From IMG/VR virus record IMGVR_UViG_2869976549_000005: a stretch of DNA of 41,251 nucleotides; one strand, 5' to 3'. Shown here one piece after another: positions 31,368 to 41,032 of the stretch; position 1 is the stretch's first letter, and each line of letters begins with the position of its first letter. Position numbers and translations under genes: made by a program. The stretch is from a virus. Lineage: Duplodnaviria > Heunggongvirae > Uroviricota > Caudoviricetes. Below the pieces are notes generated by a model. It was not told the DNA's origin. It saw only the letters and a list, made by a program, of their open reading frames with translations, and did no database searches.

Positions 31368-32426
31368 TCATCCGTTCTGGCTGACTAAATCCTGTACTTC
31401 CCGAACCGTCTGCTCAAAACGTTCAGTCTCCAGCTCAACGCCAATTGCACGACGCCCGAGCGCCAGTGCCGCTTTCACTGTCGAACCCAACCCCATGAAA
31501 AAATCTGCAATCAGGTCACCCGGACGACTGCTAGCGCTGATTATCTGCTGCAGCATTTCTGCCGGTTTTTCGCACGGATGTTTCCCGGGATAGAACTGCA
31601 CCGGTTTATGCGTCCACACATCGGTATACGGCACCTGCACCGTCACGCCAAAATACCGCCGCAGATGTTTATATTCACTCAGCAGCTCCGCATACTGCCG
31701 GTTCAGTGAGGTATACGTATCCACCAGCTGGTGGTGGAGCTTTTCCAGTTCACCACGCCGATGCTTCTCTTCTGCCACCCGGGCAAACAGCGCCTGTAAT
31801 TTCAGATAATCGCTTTCATTCGGCAACTGCCACTGACCGGCACTGAACCAGTGCGACACCATGTTTTTCTTTCCTGTGGCATCTGCAATCTGTTTTGCCG
31901 TTATCCCCAGGGCAGCTCGCGCATCACGAAAGTAAGAAATCAGCGGGGCCATCACATGCTGTTTCAGTGCACTGCCCTTCGCCGCATACCCGGCATCTTT
32001 CGGACGATACGGCCCCTGATAATGTTCCGCGAACAGAATGCGCTCTGTGGCGGGGAAATACGCCCGCAGGCTTTCCTTGTTGCATCCGTTCCAGCGTCCG
32101 GACGGCTTCGCCCAGATAATATGGTTCAGCACACTGAAGCGTTCACGCATCATGATTTCGATATCAGATGCCAGGCGATGACCACAGAACAGGTAAAGAC
32201 TTCCGGCAGGTTTCAGCACCCGCCAGAACTGCGCCAGACACTGGTCCAGCCACTTCAGGTAATCATCGTCGCCCTTCCACTGGTTATCCCAGCCCTCAGG
32301 CTTCACTTTAAAGTACGGCGGGTCCGTGACTATCAGGTCAACAGAATTTTCGGGTAACGACCGGATAAATTCCAGGCAGTCGGCGTTGATTAACTCACAA
32401 CTGGATATTTTTACAGTATTAAGCAT
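31368..32426 (-). CDS. orphan DNA methyltransferase (amino-methyltransferase; DPPY motif N-terminal, FxGxG SAM motif C-terminal)
   Basis: DLIVTDPPY near the N-terminus and DFFMGLGST near the C-terminus; no adjacent restriction endonuclease gene. Confidence 0.8.
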   Translation of the reverse strand: MLNTVKISSCELINADCLEFIRSLPENSVDLIVTDPPYFKVKPEGWDNQWKGDDDYLKWLDQCLAQFWRVLKPAGSLYLFCGHRLASDIEIMMRERFSVLNHIIWAKPSGRWNGCNKESLRAYFPATERILFAEHYQGPYRPKDAGYAAKGSALKQHVMAPLISYFRDARAALGITAKQIADATGKKNMVSHWFSAGQWQLPNESDYLKLQALFARVAEEKHRRGELEKLHHQLVDTYTSLNRQYAELLSEYKHLRRYFGVTVQVPYTDVWTHKPVQFYPGKHPCEKPAEMLQQIISASSRPGDLIADFFMGLGSTVKAALALGRRAIGVELETERFEQTVREVQDLVSQNG

Positions 32427-32576
32427 GGATCATTAAGCCTGTCTCTGATAGGCTCATTCTGCTTTTGCGCAAAGCAGTGGGCCTGAGGTTTGCTTGTGAA
32501 CCCAACGCATGAGCAGATGGCTGGTGGGTGCCCCTAACACCCACCAGCCGCCCATTTACCACAAATAAAAAAGCCT

Positions 32577-32774
32577 TCACTGCGGAAGGCGTCTGTAACA
32601 ACCGAACTGATAGTCTGCCAGACCCGCCATAACCAGCTGGGTCAGTATTAACTGGCAGCGTTCGCGTGAAAGGTAAGTATTCTGCGCTATCTCCCCGACT
32701 GTCGCCGGTTCGGTAACGCTTAATTCATTAAACACCACTCTGGCGGTTTCTGTCATATCCTGCTGTTTTAGCAT
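32577..32774 (-). CDS. small DNA-binding-like protein (65 aa), hypothetical
   Basis: ORF directly downstream of pR'/tR'; followed by a hairpin + T6 terminator. Confidence 0.35.
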   Translation of the reverse strand: MLKQQDMTETARVVFNELSVTEPATVGEIAQNTYLSRERCQLILTQLVMAGLADYQFGCYRRLPQ

Positions 32775-32894
32775 GTCTTTTCCTTTTCCGGTTAACGTGA
32801 CACACCAATAACTCTTGTCGAAAAAGCCAGCAAGCTGAAAGACAGGTATTCACCGCCACCAGCGCGTTTACTGTACTGACGCGATTTCAGTCAT

Positions 32895-32918
32895 AAAAAA
32901 CCCGCTCGGCGGCGGGTT
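32895..32918 (-). terminator. tR'-like intrinsic terminator downstream of the late promoter
   Basis: Minus-strand AACCCGCCGCCGAGCGGGTT followed by TTTTTAT. Confidence 0.65.
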
Positions 32919-32965
32919 GTAGAAACTCTTCTAACGTCAGGCATAAAACGCCCATCGTTATGACG

Positions 32966-32993
32966 AATTTACCACAGATTCCGGAAAAATCAA
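32966..32993 (-). promoter_or_regulatory. pR'-like late promoter (TTGATT - 16 bp - TAAATT) immediately after the Q-like gene
   Basis: -10 TAAATT identical to lambda pR'; sits directly 3' of the putative Q stop with tR' ~50 nt downstream. Confidence 0.55.
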
Positions 32994-32998
32994 CCTTG

Positions 32999-33820
32999 TT
33001 ACCTAGTTACCTTTTTTAACTGCCGCTCAGCCCATGCTTCTTCAATATCAAACCGGGTCACCAGCGCATCATAAAATTTCTTAACTGTTTTTTCCCATGA
33101 CGCGCGTGTTATCTGGTTTGTCACCTCGCATATAGCATTAAATGCCTCCGTTGATGGTAGTCTTTCATAGCCACGACCACCACAACGCTGGCAGTCTCTG
33201 ATAACAGGCATACCACGTTTTACCGACTCTTCACGATGAATGGCGACACCACGCCCACGGCAATCCTTACAGGCGGTGGAAACCTCACCCTTTCCGCCAC
33301 ACTCCGGACAGGCAACTTTTACCACCTCCCTGACTTTTTTCCATTCTTCCCAGTAAGACGGATACACACCTTTCGTACACTTTGCCCATACCGGCGGCTT
33401 ACCATCCGGATACTGGATCTTGTTTGTAAAAACCTCGCTTTCAATAAATTTTTTTCCGTGACAGCAGGGGCACTGTTTTTTGCTCGCCGCGCTACGGGCA
33501 TAATCTTCAAACGCATACGAAGCCATAATACGCATCACTGCCGGTTTTATTTCTGCCGGGAGTTTTCTTAACGCCGCCACGCGATCACACCGACTGAGTG
33601 CATATTCTGTCAGCAATTCTGTTGCCCGCTCTCTGTCATTCATACTAATGCCCATTTTCCCAAGGAACGCAGAAACCCCCATCTCAGCCCGATTCTGTGT
33701 CATGCCCTGCGCGGCCATCACATCAGTGATACTCAGCGCATCTTTCGACGTTGAGGCCGATGCATCAGTCAGGCCGGGGGATTTTGGGGAGTAGTATTTC
33801 GGTAAATCTTCCAGTTTCAT
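32999..33820 (-). CDS. putative late antiterminator Q (273 aa) with four CxxCxGxG zinc-finger motifs
   Basis: Assigned mainly by position (between RusA and pR'/tR'); motifs CPCCHGKK, CPECGGKG, CKDCRGRG, CQRCGGRG. Confidence 0.5.
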   Translation of the reverse strand: MKLEDLPKYYSPKSPGLTDASASTSKDALSITDVMAAQGMTQNRAEMGVSAFLGKMGISMNDRERATELLTEYALSRCDRVAALRKLPAEIKPAVMRIMASYAFEDYARSAASKKQCPCCHGKKFIESEVFTNKIQYPDGKPPVWAKCTKGVYPSYWEEWKKVREVVKVACPECGGKGEVSTACKDCRGRGVAIHREESVKRGMPVIRDCQRCGGRGYERLPSTEAFNAICEVTNQITRASWEKTVKKFYDALVTRFDIEEAWAERQLKKVTR

Positions 33821-34197
33821 TTTTTGACCTGCCCTTCAAGCATTATGGGATAAATCTTCACCCCCAGACGTCCACCAGATACTGGCTGAGCACGAACGAT
33901 ATTGATTTCATCAAACTGCTCATCGTCCATTAGCAACCCCGCATGCGTCAGCGCATCCAGCGGCGCTTTCAGAATATTGTCCAGGTCACGGCGGCGCTTA
34001 TCCGGTGGTTCTGCAATAATTTTTATTGCCAACCTTCCGGACAGGCTTAATTTCAGCCGCTGCTGGCGAACAATAAGCGCCACTGCCCGGCGATAACGCT
34101 CCCCGGCTTTTGATACAAAATATGTGCTGCCACGACGACGCCAGTAAGTGTTCACCGTCGGCGGGTAAGGTAAAACAAATTCTATGCGCTCGGTCAT
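33817..34197 (-). CDS. rusA: Holliday junction resolvase RusA
   Basis: 126 aa, MTERIEFVLPYPPTVNTYW...DLDN, conserved RusA N-terminus. Confidence 0.85.
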   Translation of the reverse strand: MTERIEFVLPYPPTVNTYWRRRGSTYFVSKAGERYRRAVALIVRQQRLKLSLSGRLAIKIIAEPPDKRRRDLDNILKAPLDALTHAGLLMDDEQFDEINIVRAQPVSGGRLGVKIYPIMLEGQVKK

Positions 34198-35184
34198 TTA
34201 TGCTTTCCACTTCAGAACACCCGAATTTCTCGCGTGCATTAAAAAACGAATCAGCAACAACAGCTGACTGCCGTGTTTCTCTTCAAAATCTTTTACTCCG
34301 GCATGTAGTTCGTTACGGCATTTACGGCATAACGGAATAACAAACAAATCATCAGCCTTTGTTCCCATCCCTCCCAGTCCATGACCAATGATGTGATGCG
34401 GATCATCTGCCTGATTGCCACACGTCATGCATTTCTGCGTTTTTACCCAGCGCGTGTATACAGGCATCTCTTCCCGTTGTGATTTCTGGCGCTGGAGATA
34501 CTGAGCCGGTGACTCCGGATCAACGGCAATGCTGACCACCGTCTTTTCCTGTGGTGGGTTCTGTTGCTGGTGGACGTGAGGCAGTAACGCAATATTTTTT
34601 GTGCGCTGCTTCAGTATGCTGGTGGCTGTCTGCTCTCCCGGTATGATGTCGCTTTCACTGTACACAGAGCGAATTTTTTCCGCACGCAACCCCAGCGAAC
34701 GACGTAATACCGCTTCCGGTAGCGCGTCCGCCACCTGATTGCGGACCGCCCACCAGGATAATTCAGCCAGAGATAATTCACGCTCCTGCGTACCGCTTAT
34801 TGCGTGACCGATGACGTCAATCATCCATGCTGACAGGTTTTGATGAGCAAGTTGCTCGAGTGATTCGGATGTCTGGTCACGCAGCTGGTTGTCGCAGTGC
34901 CAGCACAACACCATTGCGCCGGTACCATAACGGTGAATGACGGTTTCGCTGTGATGATAATCGCCGTGTGGCCACTGGCAGGATTTAATATGGCGCAACA
35001 GCCAGTCAGACAATGCACCAGCACCACCAGCAGCACGAATCACCCGTGCGTTACTGAAAAACGGCAGCAATGTTTTGTCTTCCACCAGCGGCTGGCGAGC
35101 GGCAGGAACGACCCCGGACGGCAGATTACGCATGCTTTTTGGTTCCGGCTCCACCAGTATTCTGCCGTTATGGAATGCTGACAT
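34198..35184 (-). CDS. DUF968-family nin-region protein (YdfU-like) with C-terminal HNH/zinc-finger-like motif
   Basis: C-terminal CMTCGNQADDPHHIIGH...CRKCRNELH; start taken at internal Met (the ORF can extend to 35256). Confidence 0.6.
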   Translation of the reverse strand: MSAFHNGRILVEPEPKSMRNLPSGVVPAARQPLVEDKTLLPFFSNARVIRAAGGAGALSDWLLRHIKSCQWPHGDYHHSETVIHRYGTGAMVLCWHCDNQLRDQTSESLEQLAHQNLSAWMIDVIGHAISGTQERELSLAELSWWAVRNQVADALPEAVLRRSLGLRAEKIRSVYSESDIIPGEQTATSILKQRTKNIALLPHVHQQQNPPQEKTVVSIAVDPESPAQYLQRQKSQREEMPVYTRWVKTQKCMTCGNQADDPHHIIGHGLGGMGTKADDLFVIPLCRKCRNELHAGVKDFEEKHGSQLLLLIRFLMHARNSGVLKWKA

Positions 35185-35256
35185 TGATTCACGGCCTGGC
35201 TTAACGATAACCAGACCGAGTTCCGGTACCAGAACAGGTCGAAGTAATACCCGCAC

Positions 35257-35616
35257 ATTACCTCCAGATCCGTTGCTGGAATGTGCGGGACGGACGCGTT
35301 GGCCGTTCGGAGTAAGGGAGCCTGACGGAGATTATCCAGTGACGGTAGTCGAGGCTAAGGGCTTTTTTAACCTCGCATCCGCGCCTGCGGTAACACTGAA
35401 TGAGCCATTCGGCCTGTTCTTCAGTGCATGGGGGATGCTGGTACCAATCAGATTTAAATGCGTGAGAGCGCCGCCCGTGCCTGCTGGCAAAGACGGCTGA
35501 ATTATCAGAATTGTGTAGTCTGGAAGGCAGTGGCTGACAATAGCGCCATTCTCAACGCGCACAGTATAGAGGCCATCTTCACTAAAAATTTCACGTAATT
35601 CTTCGATTTTCATCAA
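35257..35616 (-). pseudogene. hypothetical nin-region gene, apparently frameshifted
   Basis: Plausible N-terminus MMKIEELREIFSEDGLYTVRVENGAIV in one frame, plausible C-terminus ...DWYQHPPCTEEQAEWLIQCYRRRGCEVKKALS... in another. Confidence 0.3.
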
Positions 35617-35740
35617 CAGAATCCTTCCAGATAAATAGCACTCCCCTGTTCGGGGTCCATCCCTCTTCTCCCTGCGCGCTACTTAAGTATTTTTGATTCT
35701 ATTCCGGCACCATCTAAAACTTCAAACGCGTTGAAAATAA

Positions 35741-35766
35741 AAACAAAAACCCGCCGAAGCGGGTTA
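35741..35766 (-). terminator. intrinsic terminator after hok
   Basis: Minus-strand AACCCGCTTCGGCGGGTT followed by TTTGTTTTTATTTT. Confidence 0.6.
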
Positions 35767-35833
35767 AGTGTGGGTGCATTGAGGATGCCTGACCCATCAG
35801 AGGTGGCGAGGGATTTCTCCCCCGCCTGGTCTC

Positions 35834-35989
35834 TTACTCCTCAGGTTCGTAAGCTGTGAAGACAGCGACCTCCGTCTGGCCGGTTCGAATTCGTACCTCG
35901 CAGAGGTCTTTCCTCGTTACCAGTGCCGTCACTATGACGGTTAAACAGATGACGATCAGGGCGATTAACATCGCCTTTTGCTGCTTCAT
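35834..35989 (-). CDS. hok: Hok/Gef-family type I toxin (51 aa; RelF/HokD-like)
   Basis: MKQQKAMLIALIVICLTVIVTALVTRKDLCEVRIRTGQTEVAVFTAYEPEE; AAGGAG RBS; in-frame upstream extension to 36046. Confidence 0.85.
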   Translation of the reverse strand: MKQQKAMLIALIVICLTVIVTALVTRKDLCEVRIRTGQTEVAVFTAYEPEE

Positions 35990-36200
35990 AGCCTGCTTCT
36001 CCTTGCCTTTCGGCACGTAAGAGGCTAACCTAGATTTGCCGTTCATAGATTGAGCCTCAGATTAATGTTAAGCGTCTTGCCGGACGCGTAATGTTAACTG
36101 GGGCTTTTCTCTATCTGCCTTTTGGTGTTCATGCCTGAGACAGATAGCCTCAAGCACCCGCTGCAATTCTACTTAACTCTCCTTTTCCCGCAAACCGTTT

Positions 36201-36284
36201 TTATCCCCAGCGGCAAATCGAATACACCACCAGCGCCACCGCCATCGCAATTCCTACCGTTGTTAATGCTTCAGGCCAGGTCAT
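36201..36284 (-). CDS. 27-aa hydrophobic small protein, translationally coupled (ATGA overlap) to the upstream ORF
   Basis: [27 protein letters not shown], a single predicted TM helix; not in the ORF track because <60 aa. Confidence 0.3.
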   Translation of the reverse strand: MTWPEALTTVGIAMAVALVVYSICRWG

Positions 36285-36625
36285 CGTAAAATATCCTCCA
36301 CGCTTATCAGTCCGTTCCGCTCCAGATAACTCATCGCCTTATCCGGTAATTTGCAGTCTGGCTTCGCTTTCCTCAGTTGCCAGGTTAACTGCTTTACCAG
36401 CATGGTTAACTCATCGACCAGACGCTGATATCCCACTGGTTTGTATTCATGCAATTTACCGGCTGGCTCTGCTGCCAGCGATACCAGTGCGATTTCCAGA
36501 ACAGCAATATCCATCTTATATGTGCGGATGATGTCATGGTCGATTGTGCCCGGTATGCACAGTCTCTGTGCTTCAATAGTCTCCTCTGCGTGAGCTATTA
36601 ACTGCTCTCTGGTAAAAGTCGTCAT
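36281..36625 (-). CDS. hypothetical protein, 114 aa
   Basis: [22 protein letters not shown]...; ATGA overlap with the upstream 55-aa ORF. Confidence 0.5.
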   Translation of the reverse strand: MTTFTREQLIAHAEETIEAQRLCIPGTIDHDIIRTYKMDIAVLEIALVSLAAEPAGKLHEYKPVGYQRLVDELTMLVKQLTWQLRKAKPDCKLPDKAMSYLERNGLISVEDILR

Positions 36626-36789
36626 GCCGTAGCCCCTTCTTGATATTTTTCAAACCAGAACACAACCGGCTCTGCTTCCAGCGATGCCAGCGCAATCCGT
36701 GCCAGTTCCATTTGTTCACCACGGGTAAGCCCGTTTTCAAGCGGGTTTTTAATGAACAATTCAATACGTTCTTTGGTAATAGTGGTCAT
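36622..36789 (-). CDS. hypothetical small protein, 55 aa
   Basis: [55 protein letters not shown]; AGGAG RBS 5 nt upstream. Confidence 0.45.
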   Translation of the reverse strand: MTTITKERIELFIKNPLENGLTRGEQMELARIALASLEAEPVVFWFEKYQEGATA

Positions 36790-36799
36790 GTGTTACTCC

Positions 36800-36913
36800 T
36801 TAACCCGCAGTGCTTTCAACTGATGAGGGGAACAAAATCTTTTCATCAAACCCTGCATTCATATCATGAACAGCAACACACCAATCCATCGACGAACGAT
36901 TATCAAGAGCCTC
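36800..36913 (-). pseudogene. 3' end of a gene interrupted by IS911 (continues at 38163-38250)
   Basis: Frame ...MDEIMEALDNRSSMDWCVAVHDMNAGFDEKILFPSSVESTAG* is continuous across the IS911 site after removing one CTC. Confidence 0.4.
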
Positions 36914-36921
36914 TGAAGTGG

Positions 36922-38090
<1,169 letters not shown>

Positions 38091-38162
38091 TGGAGCACCT
38101 GTGTTGTTCTGAGGTGAGCATATCACCTCTGTTCAGGTGGCCAAATTCAGTGTGCCACTTCA

Positions 38163-38250
38163 CTCCATGATTTCATCCATGCGGCGTAGGTCATACAGGT
38201 AAATGCTTTTATCGCCAATGGTGTAAAAGCCAATTTTTTTCGGTGATGGA
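38163..38250 (-). pseudogene. internal fragment of the gene split by IS911, itself cut upstream by IS600 copy 4
   Basis: Open frame ...HHRKKIGFYTIGDKSIYLYDLRRMDEI... continuous with 36800-36913. Confidence 0.35.
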
Positions 38251-38293
38251 TGAGGTGTACTGGCAATAGCGGACACTACCATTTGTTCTTTTT

Positions 38294-39112
38294 TTAAGCA
38301 GCCATCTGATGATATTTTTCCCTGAAGGCTGCCGGGGAGATATTCCCCAGACGAGAGTGACGACGCTGACGATTGTAGAAAATCTCAATGTATTCCCGTA
38401 TTACTGAGATGGCTTCATCCCGGTTATTAAAACGATAGTGGCTCAGGCTCTCATTTTTCAGCGTTCCCCAGAAGCTTTCCATCGGAGCGTTGTCGTAACA
38501 GTTACCTTTACGCGACATTGATGTTTTCAGACCAGACTGCTCCTGTATGACCCGGTAATCGTATGCGCAGTACTGTGAACCTCGATCAGAGTGGTGGATT
38601 AGCCCGGCAGGTGGGCGCTGGCTCCTGAGCGCCATAAACAGGGCTTTACCTGTCAGCTCTTTTGTCATGCGCTCTCCCATGGCGTAGCCGACAATTTCGC
38701 ACGTATAAACATCTTTGATGCCAGCGAGGTACAACCATCCCTCCTGTGTGGCAACATACGTCAGGTCCGCCACCCAGACCTGATTTGGTGCTGTAGGAGC
38801 GAACGTCTGGTTCAGCAGATTTGGCGCAACTGGCAGATTGTGGTTCGAGTTCGTAGTCGCTCTGAACTTGCGTTTCTGCTTACAGTGTAGCCTTAGCTCC
38901 TTACGAAGACGTGCCAGTCGGTCACGACCAACGATGATGCCATTCTCTGCCAGCTCCGTCTGGAGCCGCCGGGTTCCATATGTTTCGCGAGTGCGGATAT
39001 GTGCCACCTTAATCTCCAGTTTTAGCCGCTCATCACTTTGTTTTCTGTCTGAGGGTTCATGCTGTACCCAGTTGTAATAACCGCTCCTGGATACACCAAA
39101 TACCTGACACAT
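38294..39112 (-). CDS. IS600 OrfB
   Basis: 272 aa. Confidence 0.9.
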   Translation of the reverse strand: MCQVFGVSRSGYYNWVQHEPSDRKQSDERLKLEIKVAHIRTRETYGTRRLQTELAENGIIVGRDRLARLRKELRLHCKQKRKFRATTNSNHNLPVAPNLLNQTFAPTAPNQVWVADLTYVATQEGWLYLAGIKDVYTCEIVGYAMGERMTKELTGKALFMALRSQRPPAGLIHHSDRGSQYCAYDYRVIQEQSGLKTSMSRKGNCYDNAPMESFWGTLKNESLSHYRFNNRDEAISVIREYIEIFYNRQRRHSRLGNISPAAFREKYHQMAA

Positions 39113-39147
39113 CGCTTCAATGGGAAATTGTTGTCGCCATTGTTCGA

Positions 39148-39450
39148 TTAACGCGTATTTTTCAGCGACTCCTGTGCAAAATACGCTGTTGCTTTTTTTA
39201 ATATATCTCGCTCAAGGCGAGCTTCATTTAACGCCTTACGCAGTTGCAGAATTTCAGATTCCAGTTCAGCCACCGTGCGGGAACCAGGAGTACCGAGCCC
39301 TTTTCTGGCGGCGGTAACCCATTGTCCTAAAGTGCCTTCAGGAAGAGATAATCGGGAAGCGCCTTCACTGATCGAAAGTTGATTTTCAGGAACCGTTCTG
39401 ACAGCTTCGGCTTTGAACTCTTTAGAGTAACGTTGGGTTTTTCTGCTCAT
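39148..39450 (-). CDS. IS600 OrfA
   Basis: 100 aa. Confidence 0.9.
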   Translation of the reverse strand: MSRKTQRYSKEFKAEAVRTVPENQLSISEGASRLSLPEGTLGQWVTAARKGLGTPGSRTVAELESEILQLRKALNEARLERDILKKATAYFAQESLKNTR

Positions 39451-39514
39451 TATTAGCTCCTTCTGATGCCATTCTATTTCAGGAAGGAGTGTCCGTTAAA
39501 CTCAGGCTACCTCA

Positions 39515-39904
39515 AAAATTAAAGGGCAGGTTGTTGAACTTGTACGTCTGAGCGGTCGCGAGACGTTGCGGCAACTGGAAGCCAAGACAGGTGCGACAAG
39601 ATATCTGATGAGTGTTCTCGCCAGAGAGCTGGTTGCCAGTGGCGATGTATACAACTCTGGTTACGGGTTATTCCCGTCTGAACAGGCGCGTAAGGACTGG
39701 CAAAACGCCCGCAAAAAACTCTCAAGGGCAAATCTGAAGAAACCATCTGTGGTTGATCCTGACCTTATCTGGTCATTACCAGACGGAGAAATACGCCGCT
39801 ACGACAGGCGTCAAAACATAATCTGTAGCGAGTGCCGGAAGAGCGAAGCTATGCAGCGTGTACTGGCTTTCTATCAGGGTAATTTTCAGAAGGTGCTGTT
39901 GTGA
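39515..39904 (+). pseudogene. 3' portion of an unidentified phage gene, 5'-truncated by IS600
   Basis: Frame is open from the IS600 boundary (...KGQVVELVRLSGRETLRQLEAKTGATRYLMSV...) with no start codon context. Confidence 0.4.
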
Positions 39905-40031
39905 GCCAAATTAACAATCGGAACTTCGTGAAGAGAAAGCATAATCCAAAATCTGAATAATTAAGTTCAGCACTGTGGTGATGCTGCCAACTTACTGATT
40001 TAGTGTATGATGGTGTTTTTGAGGTGCTCCA

Positions 40032-40307
40032 GTGGCTTCTGTTTCTATCAGCTGTCCCTCCTGTTCAGCTACTGACGGGGTGGTGCGTAACGGCAAAAGC
40101 ACTGCCGGACATCAGCGCTATCTCTGCTCTCACTGCCGTAAAACATGGCAACTGCAGTTCACTTACACCGCTTCTCAACCCGGTACGCACCAGAAAATCA
40201 TTGATATGGCCATGAATGGCGTTGGATGCCGGGCAACTGCACGCATTATGGGCGTTGGCCTCAACACGATTTTACGTCACTTAAAAAACTCAGGCCGCAG
40301 TCGGTAA
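40032..40307 (+). CDS. insA: IS1 InsA
   Basis: 91 aa, zinc-finger CPSC...CSHC N-terminus. Confidence 0.9.
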
Positions 40308-40729
40308 CCTCGCGCATACAGCCGGGCAGTGACGTCATCGTCTGCGCGGAAATGGACGAACAGTGGGGCTATGTCGGGGCTAAATCGCGCCAGCGCTGGC
40401 TGTTTTACGCGTATGACAGTCTCCGGAAGACGGTTGTTGCGCACGTATTCGGTGAACGCACTATGGCGACGCTGGGGCGTCTTATGAGCCTGCTGTCACC
40501 CTTTGACGTGGTGATATGGATGACGGATGGCTGGCCGCTGTATGAATCCCGCCTGAAGGGAAAGCTGCACGTAATCAGCAAGCGATATACGCAGCGAATT
40601 GAGCGGCATAACCTGAATCTGAGGCAGCACCTGGCACGGCTGGGACGGAAGTCGCTGTCGTTCTCAAAATCGGTGGAGCTGCATGACAAAGTCATCGGGC
40701 ATTATCTGAACATAAAACACTATCAATAA
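40226..40729 (+). CDS. insB: IS1 InsB (expressed as InsAB' by -1 frameshift)
   Basis: Overlaps insA in the -1 frame; C-terminal 125 aa identical to ORF 1-378. Confidence 0.9.
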
Positions 40730-40787
40730 GTTGGAGTCATTACCCGGCACTGTAAATAAAATTTAATCCTTAACTGGAGGTATATCT

Positions 40788-41000
40788 ATGTCAAATACAC
40801 AGAAAATTATTAACACTGAAAAATATAACGAGTGGGTGAAAAAATTCTCTGAGCAGATTTTTAAAATTACTGGCGACGAGAATGTGGCAAAAAATGAATT
40901 AGAACCGTGGACACCTGAAGGAAACGCACCAAATTATTGCTGGTGGGAGGTTGATCCGGTTGATGCTGCAAATGAAGCCATGAGTTACCACAACGATTAA
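40788..41000 (+). CDS. hypothetical small protein, 70 aa, AT-rich
   Basis: Strong GGAGG RBS 7 nt upstream; MSNTQKIINTEKYNEWVKKFSEQIFKITGDENVAKNELEPWTPEGNAPNYCWWEVDPVDAANEAMSYHND; hairpin GCCGCCC-gaaa-GGGCGGC after the stop. Confidence 0.45.
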   Translation: MSNTQKIINTEKYNEWVKKFSEQIFKITGDENVAKNELEPWTPEGNAPNYCWWEVDPVDAANEAMSYHND

Positions 41001-41032
41001 TGTCGGGAGGCCGCCCGAAAGGGCGGTAAGAA

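Larger units (their letters stand above)
38251..39514 (-). mobile_element. IS600 copy 4 (inverted orientation); flanks GGA / AAA do not match, indicating an associated rearrangement
   Basis: Same termini in reverse complement; OrfB differs from the other copies by one residue (R to H). Confidence 0.95.
39977..40744 (+). mobile_element. IS1, complete (768 bp)
   Basis: Termini GGTGATGCTGCCAACTTACTGAT...GGAGTCATTACC; insA and insB in the usual frameshift arrangement. Confidence 0.95.

Noticed and set aside
35990-36046. N-terminal extension of the hok ORF (MNGKSRLASYVPKGKEKQA) as part of the toxin
   Set aside because: Hok-family toxins are ~50 aa starting MKxxK; the strong AAGGAG RBS precedes the internal ATG at 35989, so the extension is more likely a mok-like leader or non-coding
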